DNA from: Squalus acanthias
Lineage: Eukaryota
Direction: 5' to 3'
DNA length: 64,000 nt
Assembly (NCBI GenBank): GCA_030390025.1
Contig: CM059432.1
Location: 137,394,001-137,458,000 of the forward strand
In this document: positions 26,632 through 36,997 of the stretch, in pieces
Layout of the letters: every line of letters begins with the position of its first letter
How positions within the stretch are numbered: the stretch's first letter is position 1
The notes under the pieces: model-generated
What the model saw: only the letters and a program-made list of their open reading frames with translations
What the model was told of the DNA's origin: nothing
The model's database searches: none
Translations under genes and position numbers: made by a program

Positions 26632-27105
26632 CTCTGTTTAAGTTGACTCTGCAGTACTGAGGTGATTTGTTGATAGAAAAAAAAATAGGAGCAGGAGTAG
26701 GCCATTCGGCCCTTCGAGCCTGCTCCGCCATTCAATATGATCATGGCTGATCCTCTATCTCAATACCATATTCCCGCTCTCTCCCCATACCCCTTGATGC
26801 CTTTTGCGTCCAGAAATCTATCTATCTCCTTCTTAAATATATTCCGTGACTTGGCCTCCACAGCCTTCTGTGGTAGAGAATTCCACAGGTTCACCACCCT
26901 CTGAGTGAAGAAATTTCTTCTCATCTCAGTCCTAAATGTCCTACCCCGTATCCTGAGACTGTGACTCCTCGTTCTAGCATTTCCCGTTTTTACTGCAAAT
27001 TCAGTTGTCTTTTTGTGTTTTTTTGGAAAAAATAAGCAATCAGGAAATGCTTGTGGCATTTCTAGATTTTTCGTCGATTTATGATAATGCTTGTATTATT
27101 TTCAG

Positions 27106-27171
27106 GTGCTGAATCACTTGCACAAAAAATTACGCAATATGTCGAAGAAGTCAGAAACATCGAAGAAGAAG
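27106..27171 (+). CDS. GALR1: GALR1 coding exon 2 (66 bp, intracellular loop 3)
   Basis: Acceptor TATTTTCAG|GTG and donor AAG|GTAAGC. Encodes VLNHLHKKLRNMSKKSETSKKK, versus human VLNHLHKKLKNMSKKSEASKKK (also 22 codons). Confidence 0.96.
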
Positions 27172-27989
27172 GTAAGCTGTTACCTTGATAACCTCCTCCA
27201 GCCCGACAACCCTCCGAGATCTTTGCTCTCCTCCAATTCTGGCCTCTTGCGCATCTGTGATTTTCATCGCTCCACCATTGGTGGCCGTGCCTTCAGCTGC
27301 CGATGCCCTAAGCTCTGGAATTGCCTCCCTAAGCCTCTCTGTCTCTCTAACTCTCTCTCCTCCTTTAAGACTCTCCTTAAAACCTACCTGTTTGACCAAG
27401 CTTTTTTTCATCTGTCCTTTATGTGGCTCAGTGTAAAATATTTCTAATAACGCTCCTGTGCAGCGCCTTGGGACAATCTATTATGCTAAAGGCGCTCTGT
27501 AAATGCAAGTTGTTGTTGATAGAGGATGGCGACGTAAGAAACCTACTAGGCACTTGGTATAAGCGTTAAACAAAGCTTTAATCAACTGTTTTACAACATG
27601 GAGGTCTAGTTGTGTCCTTCACTAGTTCCTGCGAAGAATGTCCTGCGCAAGCTGGGCCCGTGCCCGTGCCCGAGTATTTATACTCTCCCTGGACAGCGCC
27701 ACCCGCAGGCCACTCAGTATTATTTCATAAGTCTTTCTTTCATGAATGACAGATTCATGTCAGATGGTATTCAGCATATGATGCAAACTTATTGCATTTC
27801 AAACTATTTTACCAGTAGAGATAAATCTGTGATCTAGTGCAAAATAATGAACCAATTCTTTGGGCAAAGATTTATATACATGACTAATGGTTGGTTAAAA
27901 TCTTTGCAATAATGCAACAATATCTTCAGATACTGTTTTTGTTTGATATATTTTTGATTAATTTAATTAGGGAAAGAGGACTGGGTAGG

Positions 27990-29825
27990 ATTACTATACC
28001 TGCCAATTCTGAGAAAACATATTAAGATGAATGGGACTTAAGAATACTCAAGAAAACCCGAGGGAGAGTTGTGACGAAATAGCAGAATTTTTTTCAACAT
28101 TTTTTGTAAGCAAGAATTGTACCAAAGGACTAGAGGTGTGGTGAATGTTACACCCCTAGTCAATAAAGGAAACCGATAACCCATGTAACTTTGCTATCGT
28201 AACTATAACCCAGTTGGCCTCATATTACTAGTTGGTAAACAGCTAGTAACCATAATAAGGCACAACAGTGGTGAACCGAACACTGAGAAAATTACAGGTT
28301 AGTCAAGAACATTCATAGGAAGATAGGAAGTAACATAGGAACAAGAGTAGGCCATTCAGCCCCTCGAGCCTGTTGCACCATTCAATTAAATCATGGCTGA
28401 TCTGTATCTTAACTCTATCTACCCGCCTTGGTTCCGTAACTCCTTAATATACTTGCCTAACAAAACTCTATACATCTCAATTTTGAAATTTTCACTTGAC
28501 CCCCAGCTGCAACAGCTTTTTGGGAGAGAGAGTTCCAGATTTCCACTACCCTTTGTGTGAAGAAGTGCTTCCTGACATCATCCCTGAATGACCCAGCTCT
28601 TACTTTAAGATTATGCCCCCTTGTTCTGGACTCCCCCCACCAGAGGAAATAATTTCTTCCTATCTACCCGATCAAATCATTTAATTATCTTAAACACCTC
28701 AATTAGATCACCCTGTTGTCTTTTATACTCAAGGGAATACAAAGCCTAGTCAACATGGATTTAAAAGGGACAGGTCTTGCTTTACTACTTCTGATCAAGG
28801 GAATTCAAGGAAATTACTGACAAGGAGATTACAGGTTCAGTTTGAGCGGAGGACTGATGTATGTACACTTTCAAAAGAGAACAATTGAGAAGATTAATTG
28901 CCATGGTCTTTAAGCTAAAGTAGCAGGATGAATAAGGGGATAGCTAATGGGCTGAAAGCAAAGAGTAACATGTTTCTCAGACTGGTGGGACGTAGCTAGT
29001 GAGATGCTCTAGCTGTCTGTGTTGGTGTCTCTCAATTGCCATATGTTAAATAATCTGCACAGGGGCATGATGCACATTATATCAAAATTAGCTGATGATA
29101 CCAAGGGGGCATGGCAAGCTATAAGGAAACATGCATGAGGCTACAAGAGTTAGAGACAGGTCAGGGTAGTGCACAGATATGGGGGCAAAAGCAGTTCAAT
29201 GTAAATAAATGTGAAATGAGAATAAGAAAAGAGAAAGGAAATATACCCTAAACTGTACAACTCTCCATGGGGTCGAGAGGCAAAGAGCTTTAGATACACA
29301 GATCTTTAAAAGTGGGATTGCTGGTGGAAATAAAGCCACAAAAAGAGTTTTATATATGGGGCATTATATACAGAAACAAAGATATAATGGTAAATCTGTA
29401 GAAGACATTGGTTAGACCACAGTCGACGTATGTGTGCAATATTGGGCACTCTGTCATAGAAAGGATATTGGAATCATGGAAAAGATACAGTATAACTTTA
29501 CTAGGATGGTATTGCTGTCAACTTTATGGGACGATTAAAAATTAGGACTGTATTCACTGGAGCAGAAAAGGTTAATGAGGTTTCGAATAGATGCGTTCAA
29601 AATAATGAAAGAATTTGAGAGAATTAATAGTAAAGGATTATTTTCACTGGTTGGTGAACCAGTAACCAGGGAACATGAGCTCAGGATTAGTAATAAAAGA
29701 AACAAGGAGATTAGATGGATATTTTCATGCAAATGATAATTAGGCCATAGAACATTTTACACAAGTGGATGTTGAAGATGAGGCAGTCATAATGTTTAAG
29801 AGGGAATTACATAAACACTTGAAAA
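27990..29825 (+). mobile_element. Old, highly degraded CR1 ORF2 with a younger minus-strand CR1 3' end nested at ~28315-28745
   Basis: Relics of RT motifs (GCTGATGATACCAAG = ADDTK; GTTAGACCACAG...TGTGTGCAATATTGGGCA); nested piece starts with a CATAGGAACAAGAGTAGGCCATTCAGCCCC tail. Confidence 0.7.
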
Positions 29826-29999
29826 AAGAACTTTCATTTATATAATGCCCTGTCATATCCTCAGGGCATCCACTTCATAATTAATGGATTACATTTAAAA
29901 CACGTCACAATTATGTAGGCAATTGTAACGCGCAGTTTGCATACGCGGCCCCACAGATAGCAAGTGGATGAACGAGCAACACATTTATATTTTGGTGGT

Positions 30000-30548
30000 A
30001 TAACAACAGAAAATGCTGGAAACACTCAGCAGGCCAGGCAGCATCCGTGGAGAGAGAAACAGAGTTAACGTTTCAGGTCTGTGACCCTTCGTCAGAACCT
30101 CTCTGTCCTCGGCCTCTTACACTGTTCCAATGAAGCTCAATGTAAGCTCGAGGAGCAGCACCTCCTCTTTCGATTAGGCACTTTACAGCCTTCTGGACTC
30201 AACATTGAGTTCAACAATTTCAGACTATAACCCCTGCCCCCATTTTTTCAGGCAGCAGCTGTTGATGATTCTGCCATTCCCATTTGCAACATGTAATCTC
30301 TCCTGCCTTCAATCCTAGCACAGACCGTCCCTTTAGTTCCTTCCTCCCCTCCGCCTCCCCCCTTTCCCTGCCTCTGCACCTGCTTAAAACCTGTTACATC
30401 TCCAACTTTTACCAGTTCTGACGAAGGGTCCCAGACCTGAAACGTTGACTCTGTTTCTCTCTCCACGGATGCTGCCTGGCCTGCTGAGTGTTTCCAGCAT
30501 TTTCTGTTGTTATTTCAGATTTCCAGCCTCCGCAGTATTTTGCTATTG
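30000..30548 (+). mobile_element. 5'-truncated Penelope-like retroelement with inverted pseudo-LTR
   Basis: 30099-30230 encodes LSVLGLLHCSNEAQCKLEEQHLLFRLGTLQPSGLNIEFNNFRL*, the C-terminus of a Penelope GIY-YIG endonuclease (GLN motif). 99-bp inverted arms at 30000-30098 and 30415-30513 (2 mismatches). 14-bp duplication TATATTTTGGTGGT at 29986-29999 and 30549-30562. Inserted into a SINE. Confidence 0.88.
30414..30450 (+). ncRNA. Minimal type I hammerhead ribozyme motif in the Penelope pseudo-LTR
   Basis: AGTT-CTGACGA-(A)GGGTC CCA GACCT-GAAA-C-GTT-GACT: CUGANGA and GAAA cores, helix II GGTC/GACC, helix I AGTT/GACT, loopless helix III. An antisense copy lies at 30063-30099. Activity untested. 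Confidence 0.65.
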
Positions 30549-31329
30549 TATATTTTGGTGGTGTTGGTTGAGGGAGGAATGTTGACTGGGAAATCAGGAG
30601 AACACATTGCTATTTTCAAATAATGTTATGGAAAGTTTTAACATCCACCTGAACAGGCAGATAGGTTTAATATCTATCTGAAAGTCAGCACCTCCAACAA
30701 TACAGTACTTCCTTAGTACTGTACTCGAAGGTTAGCCTAGATTATGGACATATTTTCCCAACATTTACACCCGAGCGATGCTGGACACAAAGCACACCTG
30801 GCATCAAGCATTGCCATGGACTTGGGGGAATGTAACATTTAAAATTCACGGGAGCATAAGCAGACACCAAATTCAAAGTCGGGCTTTTATTTTGAAAAAT
30901 CTTCAGCCTGTCCATTTGCACCGGGTAAATACTTCCCCATGTTGAGCACGGAATGGAAAACTGCAGCCTCTCTATATAGGTTAGATTCCCTTGTGGCTTC
31001 CCGTATTTCCCTCTAATCCTCAAGATTCTCCTAACGGTAAGAAAAGGAGCCAGACTGATCCAAATTGTTCCACTGTGGTCACAAGACCTGTAGTTATTAG
31101 ATCTTCTTTCCCATTTGGAGATATCCTTTCCCACCACACAGGGGAGAGACGCGCTCAACAAGTGAATTCTGGCCCTCCGAAACAGTTGGATCTTCAGCTA
31201 ATGGTTTGGTTTCTGAAATAATGACGGTGTGCGACACATATTCAGACTTTCAAATACAGCCTTGTTGCATTATCTTTTTTTTTAATAAATGATAACAATT
31301 GCCTTCAAGTCCTTTCCCAACTTATACTG

Positions 31330-32013
31330 GGCCCTGAATTCTCTGCCAAAATAATGGTGGGTTTAATGGCGCTTGCCGTTATTAATGTGTAAATCGTCCA
31401 GCAAGTTGTGGTGAGGAAGAGATTCAGCGTGAATTGTGAATTGCCACAAGTTGCTGGGATCTCACCGTCAGGTTTCAGGAAATTGCTGGATTTGCGGCGT
31501 ATGTACAAATTAAACTTTGTGGTATTTCACAACGTGAGGACTCTTTTACTGGTGAGATTTATGTTCCTGCAAAGCCACACAACCTCTCCGGTCCAAAAGG
31601 TTAACAGTTGAAACAGCGGCGTCCCATTCCTGCGGGTAGTAAATTGTTCCTAGAGGCTTTTTAAAATTTTAAATGTTCAAAAATTTAAATTTTGTTTCTT
31701 TTTTTTTTCCTTCCCGTCCCTTTTCTCTCTCTCGCAAGCAAATCTTTCTTTCCCTCTCTTTATTTCTCTTTCTGGTATCCGATTTGACTCTAATCCACCC
31801 TATTCCCTTCTCAGTCATTCGTTCTGTTTCTTTCTCGATCCTTAAATTTAACAGGAGATAGACTGTTGGTCCAGGCATTCACCAAGGTCCCCAGATGCTC
31901 CGTTGACCCCATTATCAGCTCGCGCTCCCAGCAATTTGCGACATCAAATTATTTGGAGCTGAATAAGTCAGAAAAAAAAATCCAATTCATGGCGCTGCAG
32001 GAAATTCTGGGCC
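31330..32013. mobile_element. Non-autonomous DNA transposon (Harbinger-like ends)
   Basis: Ends GGCCCTGAATT / AATTCTGGGCC. A related element appears in the opposite orientation at ~61206-61975. Confidence 0.6.
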
Positions 32014-32386
32014 GTACTGTTTCAGAGTTACATATTTTTGGAGGGCAAGTGACTGTGAAAAAACAAGGCTCTGAATTCAGAGTTCAGTTTAATTTGTGCT
32101 TGAGCTTAAATGCTGCCTGGGGGAAGTACTTTTGATATGCTGAAGAAATGTTATTGATGGACACACAGACTTCTCCATAGCAGTCGACACAATACAGATC
32201 AAAGGAAGTACTGAATAGTAATGTTTCCTTGGTTACAAATTACGTTGGTAAGGTATTAATGGGCCAGCTCATAACACTGGATGTAAAGGCTTTGCTATTT
32301 TAAAATGAAAAGGAAATACTCTTGGTAAATATCATGAACGCTTTCACTGAAAAATCAGCTTCACTTTCACCTGTATAATCCATGTA

Positions 32387-32811
32387 CAGGAAACTTTCGT
32401 TTATCCGGCACCCAAATATCCGGAATTCTCGCTTAACCGGCAAAAATCATCCTCCGAAAACTCCTCTCAAATAACCGGCAATGTTGCCGAGTCGCAGTCG
32501 AGTCTCCGCGAACGCCGAGTGCTCCGAAAAATCCTCTCAAATACCCGGCAATGTTGCCGATCCCGAGTCCGAGTCCAAGTCCGCGAACGCCGATTTAGTC
32601 AGTAGGGGTACTTTTCAAAAGTGCCACTACTCGGCCTCCTGGCGCTGTCGCAAGTCCGAAACATTGCAGTAGCATGAGTAGATTCTCCCGTGCTGCTTGG
32701 AGTCTCTTTGTTAAAAATAGCCTCAGTAGATATAACTCTCTGTTATCCGGTACTTTCGATAAACCGGCACCACGCCGGTCCCGTCGATGCCGGATAAATG
32801 AAAGTTTCCTG
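32387..32811. mobile_element. Tc1/mariner (Tigger/pogo-like) MITE
   Basis: 24-bp TIRs CAGGAAACTTTCRTTTATCCGGCA (1 mismatch); TA TSD at 32385-86 and 32812-13; internal ~70-bp tandem duplication; CpG-rich. Confidence 0.9.
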
Positions 32812-33052
32812 TATTTCAATTAGCAAAAATATTGAAGACAAGACAATACCTCACAAGTGCTGAACAATTTGTGGAGTGCTTCACATTCCTGGCAGGAATT
32901 TTGCTTTGTCCCTGGTACATGCGACAACGGAAGATTCTATTCATTTTCTGTTTATCTGTAAAATGGCGCTTCAGGAAAAAAAATATGCATGCTCGCTATT
33001 TTTCTTCCTTCTTTCTATCATGGTTTCACAATGAACTCCAGAAAAACATCAA

Positions 33053-35458
33053 GGGCTAGAAATTCATTATAGCCCAGGAATGGGCGGTATCTTTAGAAAA
33101 GTTTGAGAATTAGCGCCAGGCGCTAATGCTTTAGACTGCACGCAAAATTCATTCTCACTGCTCAAAGAAATGATTGGGGCACTAAATCAAGTCTTAGGGG
33201 TAAAAATTCACTTGGTTGCGCCTCCCGTTAGCGCCTTAAGAGGGCGCTAATGGGGCGCAAAGCCGCTAACGCCCGTGCGCAGCGATGTTTGCGCCGCTCG
33301 AGAACTTAACTTGAGATTGTGCGGCGGCGCTAAACCTTACCGCTGCGACCACCTGCGCGCGCAGATTGTGACGTCATTCCATGGTGCAACGCCCTTGTGG
33401 CGCCCCGGAGCGGAAATTGAGTGGCGCCCCCTGCCTTACCGCCTGGCGCATCCAACGACCAGAAGACTGGAACGCTATCAATCGCTGTGGGGCTGGGGGG
33501 GGGCGCTATTTAAAGGGGGCCTCTTCCTGTCTTTTATTGTTGGTGGCATTTTTGAACTACGCATTCTGAGAGAGAGAGGGAGAGACTTCTGGAGAGATTC
33601 AACGTTGTGGGAAGGAGTTTTGGGTACTGAGCAGCACTTTGCAGGTTCATTTTGATTTGCCATTCCTTGTATCGATTTAGCAGAGACTGTGGGAGCTGCA
33701 CTCTGAGCTCTTTGCCTGTTACTCTCCATTGTTCTTTCCAGCACATTTGATGTGCAAGTCTCTCCAGGCCGAGATTCAAGGCTGCAATGAACAGGATGTG
33801 GATGGAAAGCAAGATTAACCATCCCCTTTAAGAACTGGCCCGTGCCATTGTGTGTGTGTTTCATTGCTGACTGACATTACATGAGCTTCGCCAGCGCTCT
33901 GAGTTAGCGCCTCACTGCTCGGCCTTTGCGCCTTAAGACAGGTGTGCAGCGCCTGCTTTAGCGCTCCACTCACCTCCCGGGGCGGTAAAAGTGAAGTTTC
34001 CTGTCAGTGCCGATAATTAGCGCCAGGCGCTAATATTTGCGTCCAGACGATATTTGCGCCCCAAATGGGGCGCGACCTAATTTCTACCCCTTAAAGTGGC
34101 ATTATACTCAACGGGTGGACCAATATCGGGTGCAGTCTAATCTCAACTCATCATTGCCACAGGCTTTTCCCAGTACTTAAAGGGGAGGTTCATTGATCCT
34201 GCATCACCTCATTCTCAGTATTGCTGGCTGTGCAGCTGCCTCAGCAAGGAGAAGCACAACAAGGAGAAGGAGCCGGAGGAGTGAAGCAGGTATGCTCATG
34301 GCAGATCTACCTCAGTTGGGTGGTCAGGGTGATTGAATGTTTCAACAAATGCTACACACCACCATCTGTACCACAAGCTTCACACACAGCCCAAAGCACT
34401 ACACCCCCAGCGCTCACCCACCAACAATCTATACCTGCCAACACTCACACCCACATCTCACGCCTTACGCACAATGACAGCTATTCAACTATGGCAGGCA
34501 CAAGGGTCATCAGTTATTAGAATGAATGCGACATGTGTGATATGTTTATGCATAAATTTATTAATGGAGTTTGCAATATTTTGTGGTCTCTCTCATATCA
34601 CCTTTTTGCCCAGGAGGACACTGTGATATAGCACGACACAGGGATGGTATGATGGGCATGTGGTGAGCAAAAGGGATCTGAGGTTTAAGTCATCCTGGTG
34701 TGAAGCTGGAGGTCTGTTTGGAGGATGTGGCAGAGTTCTGTGACCACCACCTTGGTGATGCATAGCTGTCTAATACACTGCTCCTCGCTTAATTGGAGGT
34801 AGGAGAAGTGCTGTTGGAATACCCTCGGAGGGTAACACCTCCTGGTGAGAGCCCTGATGTCCCTCCTCATCCGTCTGCGCACATGTTCCTGTATTTCTAG
34901 CTGCCTACGCTCCCTCTGCCGTAGATCCCAGAGGGCGAGGTGGCATGCCAGTACAGCCCCCATTAATGTTGCCAGGTGTAGCAGTTTGAACCTTTGAACA
35001 ATAAATGTAGCCACTGTGCACTTGCCAGAAGACTGCTGATAAAAAAGAAGCTTCAAATTACTCATGCAAACTGCTCCACTGGCTGAAACTGACAAGAAGC
35101 CACTGAAACTAACCTGCTCTGACAGCTGCGAGTGATTAATGCTGATGCCTATAAATAACATCGCTGGAGCCGGCTTCCAGTAGCTGTGCGCCTGCTCTCC
35201 CTGTCTCTCTCTGGGCGAGGCACAAAGGTAAGAGGCGACAATGAATTTTGCAGATCAGGCGTCCAGTGAGCGTTGCATGCTCACGATCTGCCTGGCGTTG
35301 AATTCCCTGGCGGTACCTCGTACCGGCGACGCAATAGGGGGGGCCGGATTTGCCATGTGGCGATTGATTTGCCTCGCCCCGGCGCTACTGCATCAGCGCC
35401 CTGTTACCGCCCTCTGCCGGTGCTAATGGGAGGCACTAACCTACCGAATCTTTCCCCC
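33053..35458 (-). mobile_element. Degenerate PIF/Harbinger transposon with HARBI1-like transposase N-terminal remnant
   Basis: GGG-initiated ends (GGGCTAGAAATTC ... GAATCTTTCCCCC), flanked by CAA/TAA. ORF 34685-35161(-) contains RRCYPPRVFQQHFSYLQLSEEQCIRQLCITKVVVTELCHILQTDLQ, typical of the N-terminus of Harbinger nucleases. Boundaries approximate. Confidence 0.7.
33197..34090. mobile_element. Non-autonomous Harbinger element nested in the previous one
   Basis: TIRs GGGGTAAAAATT / AATTTCTACCCC; 3-bp TTA TSD on both sides; GCGCC-rich subterminal repeats. Confidence 0.85.
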
Positions 35459-36877
35459 TAAAAGTTTTATTTCACACACGTTAGTGCCGTTTGTTGTGAA
35501 AAAATGAATGTTGCATATTTTGGTCACATGCTGCACATTGAACCTTCAGGAGGTTGAAAAGTATGATCAGAACCAGACCAATACGGAAGAGGGGGCTGCA
35601 AGATAGTCGATGCCGCTAGTTCATGTAGGGATCGACCCCATAGGAAGAAAAGAAAGAAAGACTTGCATTTATATAACACCTTTCACGACCATCGGACATC
35701 CTAAAGCGCTTTACAGCCAATTAAATACTTTTGAAGTGTGGTCACTGTTGTAATGTAGGGAAATGCAGCAGCCAATTTGCGCACAGCAAGCTCCCACAAA
35801 CAGCAATGTGATAATGACCAGATAATCTGTTTTTTAGTGATGTTGATAGGGTAGCTATAGAGAAACTTTTTCTGCTAGTGGGGGGAGTCTGGGACAAGTG
35901 GACATAACCTTAAAATCAGAGCCAGGCCATTCAGGAGAGAAGTTAGAAAAGACTTCTTCATGCAGAGGATGGTAGAAGTGTGTTACACTCTCCCACAAAA
36001 AGCAGTTTTGCTGACAAGGGCATCAAAGGATATGGAGCCAAGGCAGGTGGATGGAGTTAAGATGCAGATCAGCCAGGATCTCATTGAATGGCGGAACAGG
36101 CTCGAGGGGCTGAATGGCCTCCTCCTGTTCCTATGTTCTGATTTTCGAGTGACCTCCATTCAGGCAGCCATCGTTACCACTAGAAACAAGCAGGGACCTA
36201 ATTAAAATATGCTAATAGGGGGTCAACTGATATCATCCGGAAACCCCAATACCACAGTCCTGTCAATCAGTGCTGCCACCAACACTTCCTCAACCCGCCC
36301 ACAAACCATGGGTGGTACAGGTCAGGAGGAGGCTTGCAGTGCTATTTAAAGGGATACTCACCTACTCTCATTTAAAACATCACAATGGTTAGGCAGACAT
36401 TTTGCCGGTAGTTTATCATTTTTTTTGGCTACTTCAAGTGCTTCTAGAGTCTATACAACCTTCTGAAATCAAAAGGGACTTTTGGCAATGCACCTTTTTC
36501 CCCCATCTCCAATATTTTTTATAAGCGATAAACAAAGTTATTCAAAGAAAATTTAAAAAATACACCTATGGGTTTCCTCCTGGCTTACTGGCAACAATGT
36601 CGAGGACATTACTCTTCAATTCCTGGTGACTCCAGGTCAATCCTGGAGAGTTGGCAACCCTATCTGTTTGGGGTCAGCTGTGGAAATCCCTGGCGGACGG
36701 AATTGCTGGGCTCCCATGTCCCAGGTATTCTGGGCCTCTGATCTCCATGAATGACCACTGTAGTGCAGCTTCTGGTGAGAGCCACGTGTATCCCCAGCAT
36801 GCTGATGTTGCATCGCGGCAGAAGAATTTGGTTAGAATGTGGAACTTGCTACCACATGGAGTAGTTGAGGTGAATAG

Positions 36878-36997
36878 TGTGATATCTTGGGACACAGCAT
36901 ATATATACAGCAACACAACATGGCTTCTGGTAAGAACTGTAATGCATATGGCTTTATTATTACATACATCAGTAGTCCACCAGGTGGCTCTATTACA
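36878..36997 (-). repeat. 3' LTR of the Gypsy element (120 bp)
   Basis: Direct repeat of 41467-41586; adjacent to the minus-strand polypurine tract AAGGAGGGAGAAG. Confidence 0.93.

Noticed and set aside
32453..32593. Repeat-spacer-like pattern suggesting a CRISPR array
   Set aside because: Only two tandem units inside a MITE, in eukaryotic DNA, with no unique spacers or cas genes.
34685..35161. HARBI1-like peptide as a host HARBI1 gene
   Set aside because: Only an N-terminal fragment without the DDE catalytic core, located inside transposon termini.
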